From: Trichosphaerium sp. ATCC 40318 | Taxonomy: Eukaryota > Protista > Tubulinea | Assembly: GCA_038496445.1 (NCBI GenBank) | Contig: JALMLS010000376.1 | Span: forward strand, 310,001-374,000 | Direction: 5' to 3' | Length of the DNA: 64,000 nucleotides | In this document: piece by piece, positions 14,371 through 27,700 of the stretch | Layout: every line of letters starts with the position of its first letter | Position numbering within the stretch: the first letter of the stretch is position 1 | Translations under genes and position numbers: made by a program | The notes under the pieces: generated by a model | Seen by the model: the letters and a program-made list of their open reading frames with translations, nothing else | The model's database searches: none | What the model was told of the DNA's origin: nothing

Positions 14371-14635
14371 TGGGCTGGCAACTACTCACGGCAGTGAGCC
14401 ATTGCCAGTGGGTGCAAAAATTTGACGAAGTATTGGTTTAATACTAGCCAAAAGGCCGGTTATAAGGAGTAACTCGATACCGTAGCTCTTATTATTTCAA
14501 AGAGGCACTGTCGCAATGCAGTGATTGCGGCTCGCTGTCTATGGTTTTAAAACCAACCACCCTAGCCAAATGGCCGGGGTGGAAGGCTGAGTTGAACTAC
14601 CAGAGGTTGTTCCGAGATGATTACTTCGTTTTTTT
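14371..14635. ncRNA. Candidate structured ncRNA of unknown class (minus strand favoured; Sm-like site)
   Basis: GC-elevated intergenic block with a closing helix ACGAAGTA(14425-14432)/TACTTCGT(14622-14629) and several internal hairpins. The minus strand has AAUUUUUG followed by a long terminal hairpin (14375-14408). Confidence 0.4.
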
Positions 14636-15228
14636 CAAGGTTGTTTGTTCAAAATGCAAAAAAGAAAGTTGTGGTTGCAAGTTCACTGAATATTGTCAAA
14701 AGTAAAACGCTTCGAAAATGGCACAAGATAACAACCCTAAAAAACAAAATTTTATGACCCAGATGGTGTATAAAAGTCGTTCTCATACACAGCCGTTGTA
14801 CAATGTACCGCGTACCCAGTCTTGTGAAGAAATACAAATAAAAAAAAAATTGGAAAAATAAAGAGTTCTACACTTTTTAAATCACGTCCATGTGCAGCAA
14901 CGGTAACAAAAACGGGATCGTCAATAATATATTTACTAAAGTGTACTTACTGCCTTTGCTTTGGTTTTACATATCATAGTCGTTCCATTGATGCTAAGGC
15001 TGCGTTTGTCAGCCATAAAAACTCATTTCATAGCATTTTAAATGGTTAGCGTAAGCGACCCTGTGAACTCTACAATTCTGGTTATATAAGCTGTTGACTA
15101 TTATGGGTGTAGCTTTACACACCACGTGATTAGTGTGGCTAGGCGTGCATGTGTTCACAAAAGACAAAAAAACCAGACAAATTTCTTGTGAACAAACCTC
15201 CAAATTATTTATTTTTTTTTTGATAAAT

Positions 15229-17134
15229 TTAATCTACGTCTGGTGATGTTGGTGCTGTTGGACCACCAAATCCAGGCATACCACCGAAACCTGGCATGCC
15301 TCCAGGCATACCACCCATACCTGGCATACCACCCATGCCACCTGGCATACCGCCCATGCCGCCTGGCATACCGCCGCCCATGCCGCCTAGGGAGCGTTAA
15401 TACGTATAAAACTTAGTTGAGAAATACTAAATAAACGTACCAGCCATGCCTTGAACTGCATCAAATACTTTCTTTACTTTTGGATCAGACATATGTTGTG
15501 CCAGTTTAGACGGATCAGTCATACATTCTTGCAACTTACGCATGACTTCTGGGTCCTTGAGAGCCTCTTGAATATCTGGATCGTTAAGACCAGCTGAAAA
15601 AAAGTACGTCAGCTATGTAACCTTACACGCGCTAATAAAACTCTTCAGTTACGTACCAGGCATACCTCCAGGCATACCGCCTGGCATACCGCCTGGCATA
15701 CCGCCCATGCCGCCTGGCATACCACCGAAACCTGGCATGCCACCTGGCATACCACCCATACCGCCTGGCATACCGCCTGCTGCTTTACGCTCTTGTTCAG
15801 CCTTTTTTTGTTCGTCATAAATACGCTGAGCTTCTTCTCTTGCTTTCTTACGTCTAAGTATCTCTTTTTCTTTAGCTTTACGCTCTTTTGCTGCCTTTCT
15901 AGCGATGATTTTATCAGCGCGTGGCTTTATTTCTTTCATCAAAGCGTTGGTCTTATCATCATAATCATAGCGTAAACCTACAGGCGTAAGAAAGGGAAAG
16001 CTTGGCAACGAAAAAACAAGTGACTTTTTTTATCAAAACACATACCTGTTTGTAGATCTTTTACGGCGTCCTCGTATTGACCCAAATAACGCTTGGCAGT
16101 TCCGCGTACTAGTTGATATATAAGTAAAGCTAGGGAACAACGAAGAAATATTTACCTTTCCATGGCTTGGCGCTATCAGCATTTATTGTAATAGCTTTGT
16201 CGCAATCTTTTACAGCTGCTACAGGCTTTTTCATACCAATCAAGCATTCAGCTCTACCAGCATAAAAATTGGCAGACTTTGGATTTATCTTAATAGCTTC
16301 GGTGAACTTATCAAACGCGCCTAAATCCAACGAGTTAAAACGTTTTTGATCGGCGTAATGTCAAAAATAAAAAAAAAGTATATGATACTCACCAGTAAAG
16401 TCCTTGCTGCGTAGTGCTTTTACACCAGCCATTCTAAGATCCATTGCCTTATCCATGTCATCTTCAGTGACTTCCTTGGTATCGTCACCGTATTCAAGAG
16501 TAAACTCTAATTGAAAGCGTGTTAACAAAAATTGGTTAAAAATCTTTTTTTTTTGGTCCATTTGAAGGATATTTTTGTAGTTGAAAAACTTTTGGGTTAC
16601 CTTCTTCTGGTGTAAGTAGTTCTGGGTCAGGTTCATCCTCTTCTTCTTCCTCGTCCTCGTCTTCTTCGACCTCTGGCTCTGGTTCTGCTTTTGAGTCGTC
16701 AGTTACGTGTAGATTCATTTTGTGTACGTTTAGAAGGCGTAGGGGTTGGCTCAGGCGCTGCGTCTTGAACGTCAGGCATTTCCTCTAGTTATACGTGAGT
16801 TCGTTAGTAAGGAAAGGAGCGCGTACCGTCTTCAGGTTCTGGAGGCGTTGGCTCTTTCTTCTTTTCTCTATTTACAACGTCAAAAACCAAAAGTTTTAGT
16901 AAAGCATTCAATATTTCGTACGGTAGAGGTGGAATAGTAGCACCAAGTGATGTTAGGTAATCTTTGAAAAAGGACATCTCTGGGGCATGTAAAACAGCTG
17001 GATTCGCGGCTACAAGCTAAAATACAACTATCAGATACTATTTTAAACGATTTACGTTGCTAGTACAACGTTTACCAAAAACTTACAGCTACGAATGCTT
17101 TCAACTCTTTGAGTTTCTGAGGTGCAATATTCAT
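15229..17134 (-). CDS. ST13: Hsc70-interacting protein (Hip): dimerisation domain, acidic linker, TPR, GGMP repeats, STI1/DP domain
   Basis: [15 protein letters not shown]...[18 protein letters not shown]; [36 protein letters not shown]; GGMP repeats; [16 protein letters not shown]. Confidence 0.95.
15265..15780 (-). repeat. GGMP-encoding 12-nt tandem repeats (two blocks) within Hip
   Basis: (ccgcctggcata)n-like arrays at ~15270-15388 and ~15655-15780. Confidence 0.9.
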
Positions 17135-17243
17135 GGTGGTTAACTCAAGTTATAGTTGTTGATCGAAAAACTTGGAAACATTGCGAAATTTCCATGAGTT
17201 CCAAGGCAACACAAAACTGATTTTCGCATTTAATTGTACAAGT

Positions 17244-19800
17244 TTATTCGTCATTGCCTGCTTCATCTCCTTGAGGCGCTTGATCACCTGGGGCGCCACC
17301 GCCCATCAAGTTATCAAACCATTCAGTGTTTAATTCTTCAGGGTTATTTTGCCAAGGCAGTAAAGACATCAAGAACGCTGCTACTGCGTTAACTTGTCTG
17401 TCATTAGCAGCAGGAGCTGGTGGGTTATCATAAATCTGTAGTCCTGTAGCTCTTATGTGTCCAGGCAGATGCATTGTTGCGCTTTCTACGCCAGATAGTA
17501 TTATATGTCGGTGGTGTTCTGGTAGAACCTTCTCGTATTTCTCTTGAATTGTAGTCATTATCTGTGCACGTTTTGTAATAGTGTCGTTGTCTGAAACGAC
17601 AAGTTTAGCTACTTTAATGACACTCGCTGTAAGAAGTGCTTTGGCGGTTTCTTCTTTCCATAGGGCGTGGTTACGCTCTAAGTATAACTCTAGAAGAGGT
17701 TTCAAGCCATCTGGGGTGTAACTACTAACATAAAAGGCGTGATTCATAATATCTGTTACATTGCCTATTCATATGTGGTTAGAGCTAGTTCAATATTCAC
17801 TTTATGATCATACCATCCGTGTCAGTATCATGAAGCTCTTTCAAACCAATTTTTTGAAGTAAAGGCTTAATAATAGAAGGGAACATAAGTACAGCATTTT
17901 CAAGCAAAACTGATCCATCCGCTAATCCGCCTTTATTTTTCGCCTATAAAAGTACACGTGAGCAGATTGAAGAAAAAAATGCGGTCTCTCGGTAACAATG
18001 GCTTTTAAACTTTACCTTTTCGTGTATCCTCAAAGTGGCCAGAGCAACACCAAACACCATGTTAGGTAAGTATTCCGCACTAAATCATTAAGTTAGATAA
18101 TGTAAAAAGCCACAACACTAGTTACCCTCTTTCTTGAATTGTCTTATGTTTAAATATATTCACTAAAGAATTGTATCTACCAGCACGTATACAAGGGTTG
18201 TCTATGGCTAATAGAGCGCCAAGAGGATCCGAAGGATCAAGGGACATTATCAATTTGCATAGCTCAAAAGCAGACCGAGTACATCCTTGCTTATTTGCTA
18301 TTTCCATATACTTCCATAAACCCAAATGAAAAACTCTATTCTTTTCGTGATTCCTGTGTACATGTGTAAGTGCATACCCTTTAGTGGTATATTAGTAAAA
18401 CGCACCATAAGAGTCTACAGCATGTTGATCTATCACTGAAAATCTCAAAAGCAGGTGGCAGAAGTGTTTCAAATAAGTATACTAGATTCTATTGTTAGTT
18501 GACAGTTTTACAAGTTACAGGATTTGGACGTACCCAATTGCTTAATTAAAGTGCGGTTCATGTCAATTTGACCTGTTACAATTGCAGTATCAGCTAATTG
18601 GAGGAGTGTATCTGCGTGGTAAGGAGTTTGTTGAAGCAACTAAATACAAAAGTTAGTTGGGGAATTGTCGGTGGATGTCAAAGTTTACAGCTGTTAATGT
18701 TGACGGATCGCCAGTCTCTACGCATTGAAAAAATTGGCCTTGAATAAGTTCGTAATGTGTAGACCAACACACTTTAAATAATCGGTCATCATTGTCTTCG
18801 GTATTCTCTACAGGTTCTATCCAAAGCATAGAGCTATCAACAGACGGCCATACACCGTTAGGCGTTACTAAAAACGTTTTCTTGTATCTACAAAACAATA
18901 AGAACAAAACAGTCATGACTGTTTGTTGGGCACGTGCTTTTTTACGCGTCTACCACGTGACTGTCCATTACTTGCTGTAGCGCTTGATACTACACGTTGA
19001 CCGAATAATTTTACCATCTCTTGATGAGGATCAGCAAAGTTTTTAGTGACAGCTAGTATGTCTTGTGGTGCGGCTTTACGAGCTTCTTCTTGTTTTTGAA
19101 TTTCCTTAACATCAACACCAGTAACTCTGCAACCAATGAGTACAAAACAATCGAGTATGAGCTCATAACAGAAATAAAACAAAAGAGTTCTGTTATTCTT
19201 TTGAGATTGTTTAAAATCACTCAGTAGACTCAATGATAGGTGCAAGGTATTTTTTGTGTGTTCGTACTGTTTAATAATAGCGTCCAAGTCTTCTTCCTTT
19301 TGTGGTTGTCGTGGTTTTTGTTTCTTTTTTTTTTGAGGTTTTCTTCGTTGATTTTGGTTCTTTTTTGGCTAGATAGGCGTCAGTCATTTGTTAAAGGTTC
19401 AACAGAAATTAAAACGAAATTTGCTGAATGGCAGAGAAAAAATTGCCACGCAAGCGTACTGTTGGCGTAGGCTTTTCTTCCGCTTCTTGTTCCTTTGGTT
19501 CCTTTGGTTCTACAGGTTTTGCTTCAATTGGCTCTTCATTATGGCTTGCAAGCTAAATTATGTCACAAACAGATTTTTGGTGCGTAATTTACGGCAGAGA
19601 AAGCATTTTGTTGCTTATTTTTTCTTCTGTTCCTTTTTCGTCGCTTCTTGTTGCCAGCTGTCTTATTTGCGCTACGTAACTCTTCTTGTAGTCTTTCTGC
19701 GGTGTCGTCGAGACCCTTATGGTTTATTAGCCAATCATTACAGTTGACGTGCTTTAATTACCTCCAATTCATTTGCACGTTGTTTACGCAGCTGGCTCAT
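17244..19800 (-). CDS. TCF25: TCF25/Rqc1 ribosome quality-control complex subunit
   Basis: Basic/acidic N-terminus; LLQQTPYHADTLLQL, GLWKYMEIANKQGCTRSAFELCKLIMSLDPSDPLG, LYLERNHALWK; C-terminal AFLMSLLPW. Confidence 0.9.
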
Positions 19801-19878
19801 GGTGATGCGATTCAATACAAACAGACTCAAGGTGACTTTTCACTAAATGTACGAATTTTCTCCATTTTTGATACAACC

Positions 19879-21852
19879 ATGGCACAAGCGCAACCTGGCT
19901 CGCCGCGAAAGCGATCAGAGTACGTTTCTTGAATTATGCTATCGCAAATAAACGGCACGTGCTCAACTTTTTGTAGACGAAGTTCTATGCGCCTAAAGAA
20001 ACAGAGAACGCAAGTACTACAACAAGTTGAAGAACGTAAAGGAGATTTGTTCGATGATAAAAATTTTGGTTTATTACGTCAAGAATTTAACAAGGTAAGC
20101 GCTAGTGGTTTCAAAACAGAGCAAGACCTGCTTACTTTAACGTTTTAAACAGTTAGACTCTGATAAGGACGGTATCATTGATGTAGTACAAGCTACAATG
20201 TTATTAAAGCTACGTATGTCACGTGATAAAAGCCAGTATAAGTTGCTGTTTGTTTGGGATTTTAAAACACCCACTTTTGTGTTTTTGTTCATTGTTGATG
20301 TTATATTATGTAGTTGTACCTGGGCGTAGCGATGAGGATGCAAACGTATTTTAACAACAGTTGGTGAAGGATCGAACGAGTTTTTGTTTTCACAATTTTT
20401 CCTGAATTGCGATCTTGTATTTGAACCACCTGGTACGGCGCGCAGTATTAAAACCTTGCCTGTAAAGCTTAAAGGTTGTAAGAAAATGTTCAATTTTTAA
20501 TATTCTACCGATAGCAAATGCCAACGCATTACGTGAGTCTGGGGTACGTTTTTGAACCACACGTGTTTGTTTCTAAAAGAAATTTTATAGATTGTAATCG
20601 GCACTCGTAAAGCAAGGCGGTCTCCGCGATTTAACCGTAAACGAGCAGCAACAACCTATAAGTATGCCCAGTATAATTTCACTTCTACTTTGTAACCAAC
20701 ATACACAGCACGATGAGTGCTATGTCGCGACGAAATTTTGCATCTAGGCAAAAACTAGGCAATGGTGATCTTGATAGCGTCTTTGCACCAAGAGCTCACG
20801 CTAGGACAAAGCCACCAAGAACTAAACCTAAACCAAGGCCTTCTTCAAAACCCAAAGCTTCTTCGACAAAAACAAAATCTGACGTAGAAAAAGAATTAGC
20901 AAAGGTAACAAACTTAAAGTAATTGTACCATCATGATTTAATGGTAGATGCAACGATACCTTGAACGAAAAAAGCGCCAAATAACACAAGCTAAAGCTAC
21001 ATTATACGAATTAAATGAGAACATTGAACGCAGTCAAATGAGTAAGTAGAATGTCGCAAGTCATCAGCTGATTATTTCTTGTTTAGAACTTGATGCTATA
21101 GATAATACTTTAGCTTTTAAAGAGAAGAAGTTGGCTAGCATCAATGCTAAGATATCAGAAAAAAGAGAAGCGTATAAAGTTCTACGAAAGAGAACACAAA
21201 AACCAATGACGGCAAGCAACACAGTAAAGATACTAGAGCAAGAAAGAGATATATACTATGCTCAGAAAGAGGCACGATAAAAATCCAGAACTTTATTCTC
21301 TTACTTACGATACGTAGGCAGCAAAGAAACAAGTATAGTTCATAGCACTAGCTACTATAAAAGTTACTAATGTACTACATAGAACGCATCACCTTCTCCG
21401 ACTACTAAAAATAGAAGAAATAATCTCCTAAACACGTGGAAAACGGCTGGCGGTTCAAGTACGTTAAAATGATATTTTGAGTGCTAAATGCATTTTGTTC
21501 AGAAGAAGCGTTAGTACCAAAGAGAGATAAAACTGATGATGACGATGATTCTCTTGACGAAGATACAATAACTGATAGTGGTGAAAGTCAAGGAAGTGAT
21601 GAAAGCTTAGAAAACAAAAGTGCAACTTCAATGGATGTACTGATTGCTAGCGGAAAATCCTTGCGAGGCTATATTGATAAATCACAGCTAAAAGGAACAC
21701 CTCCATTTCAGAGTAGCCTATCTTCTGATCTTTCGGTTTCAAATGCTACTCCTGAATGGGGAAGAGGAAGTGAGAATGAAGCATCGATATCCTCAGCATC
21801 CGCTGCTACACCTGAATGGGGAAGAGGAAGTGAGAATATTATTGAAATGTAG
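19879..21852 (+). CDS. Uncharacterised protein with EF-hand-like motif, basic/coiled-coil middle and acidic Ser-rich tail
   Basis: ATG 19879; LRQEFNK|LDSDKDGIIDVVQA EF-hand-like loop; later exons join by GT-AG. One frame ambiguity near 20340. Confidence 0.55.
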
Positions 21853-22028
21853 CCATATTTTTTATTGATCGCACGTGCTTACTTTCCCCTGTCACGTTTA
21901 GAACCATATGTATTTGCTTTCAAAGCAGCTCTGTAAATGACACTCTTAATGCTGCTATCTTTGTATTTTTTTACGGACTTAATTGTTGAATGACAAGTCG
22001 CGATAAAGTCTGCTGGGTGTTGTTGGCA

Positions 22029-24226
22029 ATGTCAACGCACAGACGCAATCATATCGAGCTAGAGGACATTGAACATTACGACGATAATGCTTCCGGACCT
22101 GTTCCGGCGTCTAGTGCCTGGCCAACTTCTGTAAAGTATATTTTGGGATGCGAGTTATGCGAACGGTACAATTTGTACAGGTAATAGCACCTTACGCGAC
22201 ACAGGTTCTCGTACTATGGCATTAGATCAATTTTGTTGGTATACCTAACAGAAGCCATTAAAATGAGCGATGACAATGCAACCGTAACTCTCCATCTTTT
22301 CATAGCGTTGGCATACTCCTCTGCGATAGTTGGTGGTATTATATCAGATTCTTGGCTAGGTGAGTGTTGAATGCTCTACAACGATCAATTACGCGTGGGA
22401 GATGCTAATATGGTGTAGGAAAATACAATACAATACTATACGTGTCTATTCTGTACACTATTGGCGGTGGTGTGCTTAGCGTCACTGCAATACCATGTAA
22501 GCGCAAAAAACCCCAAATTTACTGACACTTTGTAGCATCAGGCAATATTTGGGGAATGGCTGCAGGATTGCTTATTATAGCGCTCAGTACAGGTGGTACG
22601 TATAATAAACGCGGTATTGAACTTTTAACCAAGAGGTAAGGAATAAAATCGAGTGTATCAACATTTATTGGAGATCAGCTTCCTGAAGCACGTGAGGATG
22701 ATATGACGAGCATATTCCATTTGTTTTACTTTAGTATTAATTTGGGCTCACTCTTTTCAACATTTCTGACACCTATTCTTAAAGTGTACGCCTCTAACTT
22801 GAATTTCAAAAATAACCAATGTTATTAAAGTTTTTCTTTAGACATTTCAACTTTGCTATTGCGTTTGGTGTTCCAGCTATTTTATTGGGTATTGCTACGT
22901 TTATTTTCTGGCTTGGTAAGAAACAATATGTTAAGGTATACTATAGTAAAGCTGCGCAGCATTGTATGTAAAACTAAAACAGTACAGGTTCCACCGACGC
23001 CGAATCTGTTTGTGAAAAGTATTAAAGTGCTTTGGTATTCCTTTAGAGGATACTGGCGTTCAAAAGGAACTGATACAAATAAGAGCTTCTTTCGACATGC
23101 TGAAGGACATTTTCCGGTTGCATTTATTGATGACGTTAAACAAGTATGTTAGTTCTTAATGCGGGAAAATGATTGCTAATTTTTTATCCAAGACGTTGAG
23201 AACATTTTTATTCTTTGTTCCCCTACCTATTTTTTGGAGTTTATGGGATCAATACTCTTCGCGTTGGGTTCTTCAAGGACTCCAAATGAATACTGAAATA
23301 GGTGGCTGGAAAATAGAGGCAGAACAAATGCAAGGTATATTCACTGAATTTATTAATTATTCGATTTTAATTTATTCTTAGTTCTCAATCCACTGTTTAT
23401 CTTGATTCTCATTCCTGTATTCAACAGTATTATCTACGCAGGTTTTAAACGTTGCAATATTACATTAGATCCACTAAAGCATAAGATGGGACCTGGTATA
23501 TTGTTACTTGGACTTTCATTTGTTGTAGCTGGATTTTTACAGCTTTCGATTGATAGCTCTCTTGTTGCTCCTTTGCCTTCAACCAACACAACTATGATAC
23601 CAACCACATTATCACCAACCTTCAATGTTAGCGCCCCAAGTAACTCTACATTAGCACCAGGTAACCGCATTTCAAATATTCATAAACACTCGACGCTGAT
23701 TCACTCTTTAGTTGCACCAACAAGCAATATTTCTGTCCTTTGGCAAATACCACAATACTTCCTCGTATGTCGAAAAAAACTTCACCTCTTTTGTTCCAGC
23801 CTATTGGCACATTGCGATTCTAACTCTTAGTGCTAGATGTGTTGTGGAGAAATACTTGTTTCAATAACAGGCCTTGAATTTGCTTATACTCAAGCACCTA
23901 AAGCTATGAAAAGTGTTGTCATGGCAGGATTCTTACTTACAACAGGTTTGTGTGACACAATCTTTTTTTTTCTGTATTTGCATTGTTTGTAACGTGTGTT
24001 TGTTGTAGCTCTTGGCAATTTGCTTGTAGTTGCTTTTGCTCATGTAAATTTTGGCGGTTCTCAAGCCTATGCTTTCTTTTTTTTCGCAGGTCTCATGGCT
24101 GTCTTTGACGTGATTTTTCTCGTCATAAACTGGAATTTCAAGTACCGTAGTGCTGAGCCTGCAAACTTGGACGTTTTTGATACAGTTGAGTTTGATGTAT
24201 TACTTGAAGAAGAAAAAGACATCTAA
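22029..24226 (+). CDS. Proton-dependent oligopeptide transporter (POT/PTR2, SLC15-like)
   Basis: ELCERFSYYG (ExxERFxYY), [57 protein letters not shown]. Confidence 0.95.
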
Positions 24227-24732
24227 TTCCAAAGAAAACAACACTAATGGGCTCATTGCAAAGTAGGATTAATACGATTATTTATGTACCATAAAACTTT
24301 AAAGTCTTATTTACGTACCAACGTTTTTATCTTTTCCCATATGTTAAATCAATGTTTACGTTACCACATTGAGTACTTGTTGGGAGTTAAGGCATTAAAA
24401 TAAGCTTCGTGTACTTACTACTACTTTGCAACGCAAAAAGCTGTCTTGAAATGGAGTCATGCCACTGTAGTTCACGTGATAGTTTGGCCTTGACACTATT
24501 GTTAGGGTAGAAATATGCTGTGAACTGTCAACGAATAGTAACCAAATAACTGATCTTGACGTTGTGTGCAAAATACGGGAAAATTACACGAAATACTGAC
24601 AAAATGAAGACTGTACAATATTGCAATCTCAGCCTAAGGACTGCTGTTATTCTTTTCTAAATATTCTTGTTGAAAGAAATTCAGATATTTTCAGTACATT
24701 AAGACAGACTGAGGTTATTTATTCAATCTCCG

Positions 24733-27700
24733 ATGGAAAAGGATGAAGACGAGAACGTTACTAAGGCCAAAGCGTTATTGACGCTAAAGGATAGCTTAGG
24801 TACTTGTATTACATGTTCTAGACGCTTACTAAAAATAAAACGTCTAATTAGGCCCTTTCTATGAGGAGCAGAAGCAAATACTGCTTTCCAGTGTATGTCA
24901 AAAGCCGTTGGTAGAAGCAGCCTCAGTTTTGAAAGAGCTTGCTTCTAGCAAGTTTATAACCACTGATGAGGTGGCTCAATGGACAGTTAAACTCATGACA
25001 TCTTCTGTTGGTTCGTATTACGGCCAATCGGCTTATTAGGGTTTTTCAACGCGTTAGACATTGTATTGATTAAACTAGGAGCGCCTGTAGTGCCAGTTGT
25101 AGCAAAACCAGCGCCAGCTGCGCCATCGCCTGAGCTGGAAGCTTCAAAGCCACCAGAACCACAACCAGAGGCTAGCGCTCAAAAAGCAAAAACAATTATG
25201 TGGGGAGACGTAGAAATAACACCACAAACAACACTAGTGTCGCTTCAAAAAGAACTGGCGTACGTAATACACAGTGCCAAGGTCCCTTGAAAAGTTAACA
25301 TACTAATTTTGCTAAAACAGCAACTTTGCATTTCAGTTAATTGCGTGTCAACACATAAGTTAATTTTTTGAAACCCTCTTTAGAAAGCGTGTAAATGCAT
25401 CTGAGACAGATATTGAACTTCTTGTTGTTACATTACAAGCTGAGTTTAATACGAATACTCTTGATGATTTGATTGCTCTTGATAAAAAGGACAGAGCCTT
25501 TCACGTGCTTGATGATTTTGAGACTTATATGATAAGTTTGTTTCGTATGGCTGTCGCTGCTATTGTAGTTCTACCTTGCTTTGGTATGTTAGCTTCCTGG
25601 TTTTTTGTGTTGGTGTTGTTGACAAGAGTTTTCCGTAGAACAAGCTATTAAAAAAGAGGAGGAAAAAAAAAAGAGTATCGAGCTCAAAGCACAAAAGGAT
25701 GAAGAATCGCTATCTCAAATGTTAACTTTATGGAATGAACAAGGTGCTAATATGATGTTACTTCCTCTAAATACAAAGGTAAAGTTCAAGCAAACAATTT
25801 GCGCACAGTGAAAAATGTTGCAACATGTAATACCTTTTCAGGTGTACTACTTTGCTGCAATCGAACGTAAAGATGCCCGTGAGGTCACTAAAGAGTCAAA
25901 AGAACATATCTTATTTTTCTTGGATATAAGTAGCTCTATGAATCACAACGAAAGAGGTATATCTGAGTATTCATTGTTATCAATACAGTGGCTAACCCTC
26001 TTGCTAGGTAGATACCTTCCTCCTAAAAGCATGGACCATCCAGCTTCAAGCATTAAACAAGCCAGAGGACTCATTGCTCCAATTGCTCTTGCTGCTATGA
26101 AGGTAACAGCACGTTTGTAAGTTTGTTGTAGCTGATTGTTCTCGTCTTAGAGAGGCTCTTCCTTTTCCATTATACCATGGAACAGTAAAGTCAACCCAAA
26201 AATTACTTTCTTACCAGAAGAGTTTATGGTACGTAAAATGCATATCTTACTGTGCGTTTTTAGTTCAGTTCAAAACGGTAACTTAGCGCACACTTCAGCA
26301 CGTTATACGGACAGTTTTAATTGCTTTTAATGCTAGGAAGAGGACGGAAACCTTGGTATTGATGCGAACATAACAGAAACCATAGAGGCTAGAACAGGAC
26401 CTACTATATTTACAGCACGTGGCCAAACTAACATGGAAGCTGCATTGAATTCTTGCAGTAGAGGCATTGAAAAGTTAGCCCCAAACGTATGAAACAAAAG
26501 TTGGTGTCTGTTTTTGTGATTGCTCATTAGTTCTTAGGCATCAAATATTATTATATGGTTCTTGACTGACGGTGAAGAAACGAGGTATGAAGTACCTGGT
26601 TCTAGATCTAAACCAATACCATCAAACCCACGTGATCCAAATTACCACTATTTTAACATGCAAAATCCGCAAGGTACCAATGATTATATTAATCATTACT
26701 TTTGTTTTAATATGTTGTTATTGTTATTGACTTATATTTTAAGGGCTAACTTCTTACCACTTGCACATGATAAAAAATTTCTCTACAGCATTAGATAAAG
26801 TTAAGAAGACGGCTAAAAAGTGTAAAGTCGAGTTTCACGTACAACAATCAAGGGCACTTCTTTTTTCTTGGAAATTTACAAAAAATTAGGTTTGTCACTT
26901 TGGAGATGCCAACCCTGTATTTTTAGATAAACTACGCCTTGCAGCAAATGGTAAGCTAAGGCGACAATAATTTTTGCTTCAAAAAACGCTGAGGCAATGC
27001 AGTTAACATTTCTTTTTTCAGGTCAATTTCATGCTGTCACAAATATTGAGAAACTCAAGGGCGAAATGTTGTCTTTGAATGCTGGAAGTGATTCAACGGT
27101 GACCATCGTATCTCCTAACTCTAATACAGAGGTTATTAAACCATGTGCAATGGGAGATGGCATGCTTTTTAGGTTCGTGACAAACAATCTTGTTTTATTG
27201 TTTTTTGGTTTCTTTGTTAACAGATGTATTTAGCCGTGGTGAGATTCCAACTCAATTATACCTTGAAGAGATCATTCCAGAAAAATCATTAAGCATTAAG
27301 TTTACTGACAATAGCGCACTGCTTGATAACTATGAATCATCTCCAGTCTCTATTGCTGTAGCCATGAGTACGTATCAAATAATAGGTTAATTATACTAAA
27401 ATGTTTCTGTAGGTGTTATGGAGATTGTCTCGTTGGAGCCTCAACTTGAAGTTATCATACAATCACTCACCCAAAATATTTCCACTGAACAGATTATCAA
27501 GGCTTCAAATGACTTAAATGAACTCAAGAGCGCCAGAATGACAGCTATTGCCAATGTGTTAAAGGTTTGTTACTCGAATTTTATTAACTAAGTTGTATCG
27601 ACTTCACTTTGTTTACAATTATGTTGATAGGTTATCAAATCCAACAGTCTCCTCCAAGCTTTCCTAGAAAAAACTCTAGAAGCTGTTGCTACTCAGATTG

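Noticed and set aside
14445-14458. Minus-strand CGGCCTTTTGGCTA identical to U2 snRNA stem I
   Set aside because: Not followed by AGATCAAGTGTAGTA (branch-point pairing region), so not U2; kept only as part of the unassigned RNA candidate.
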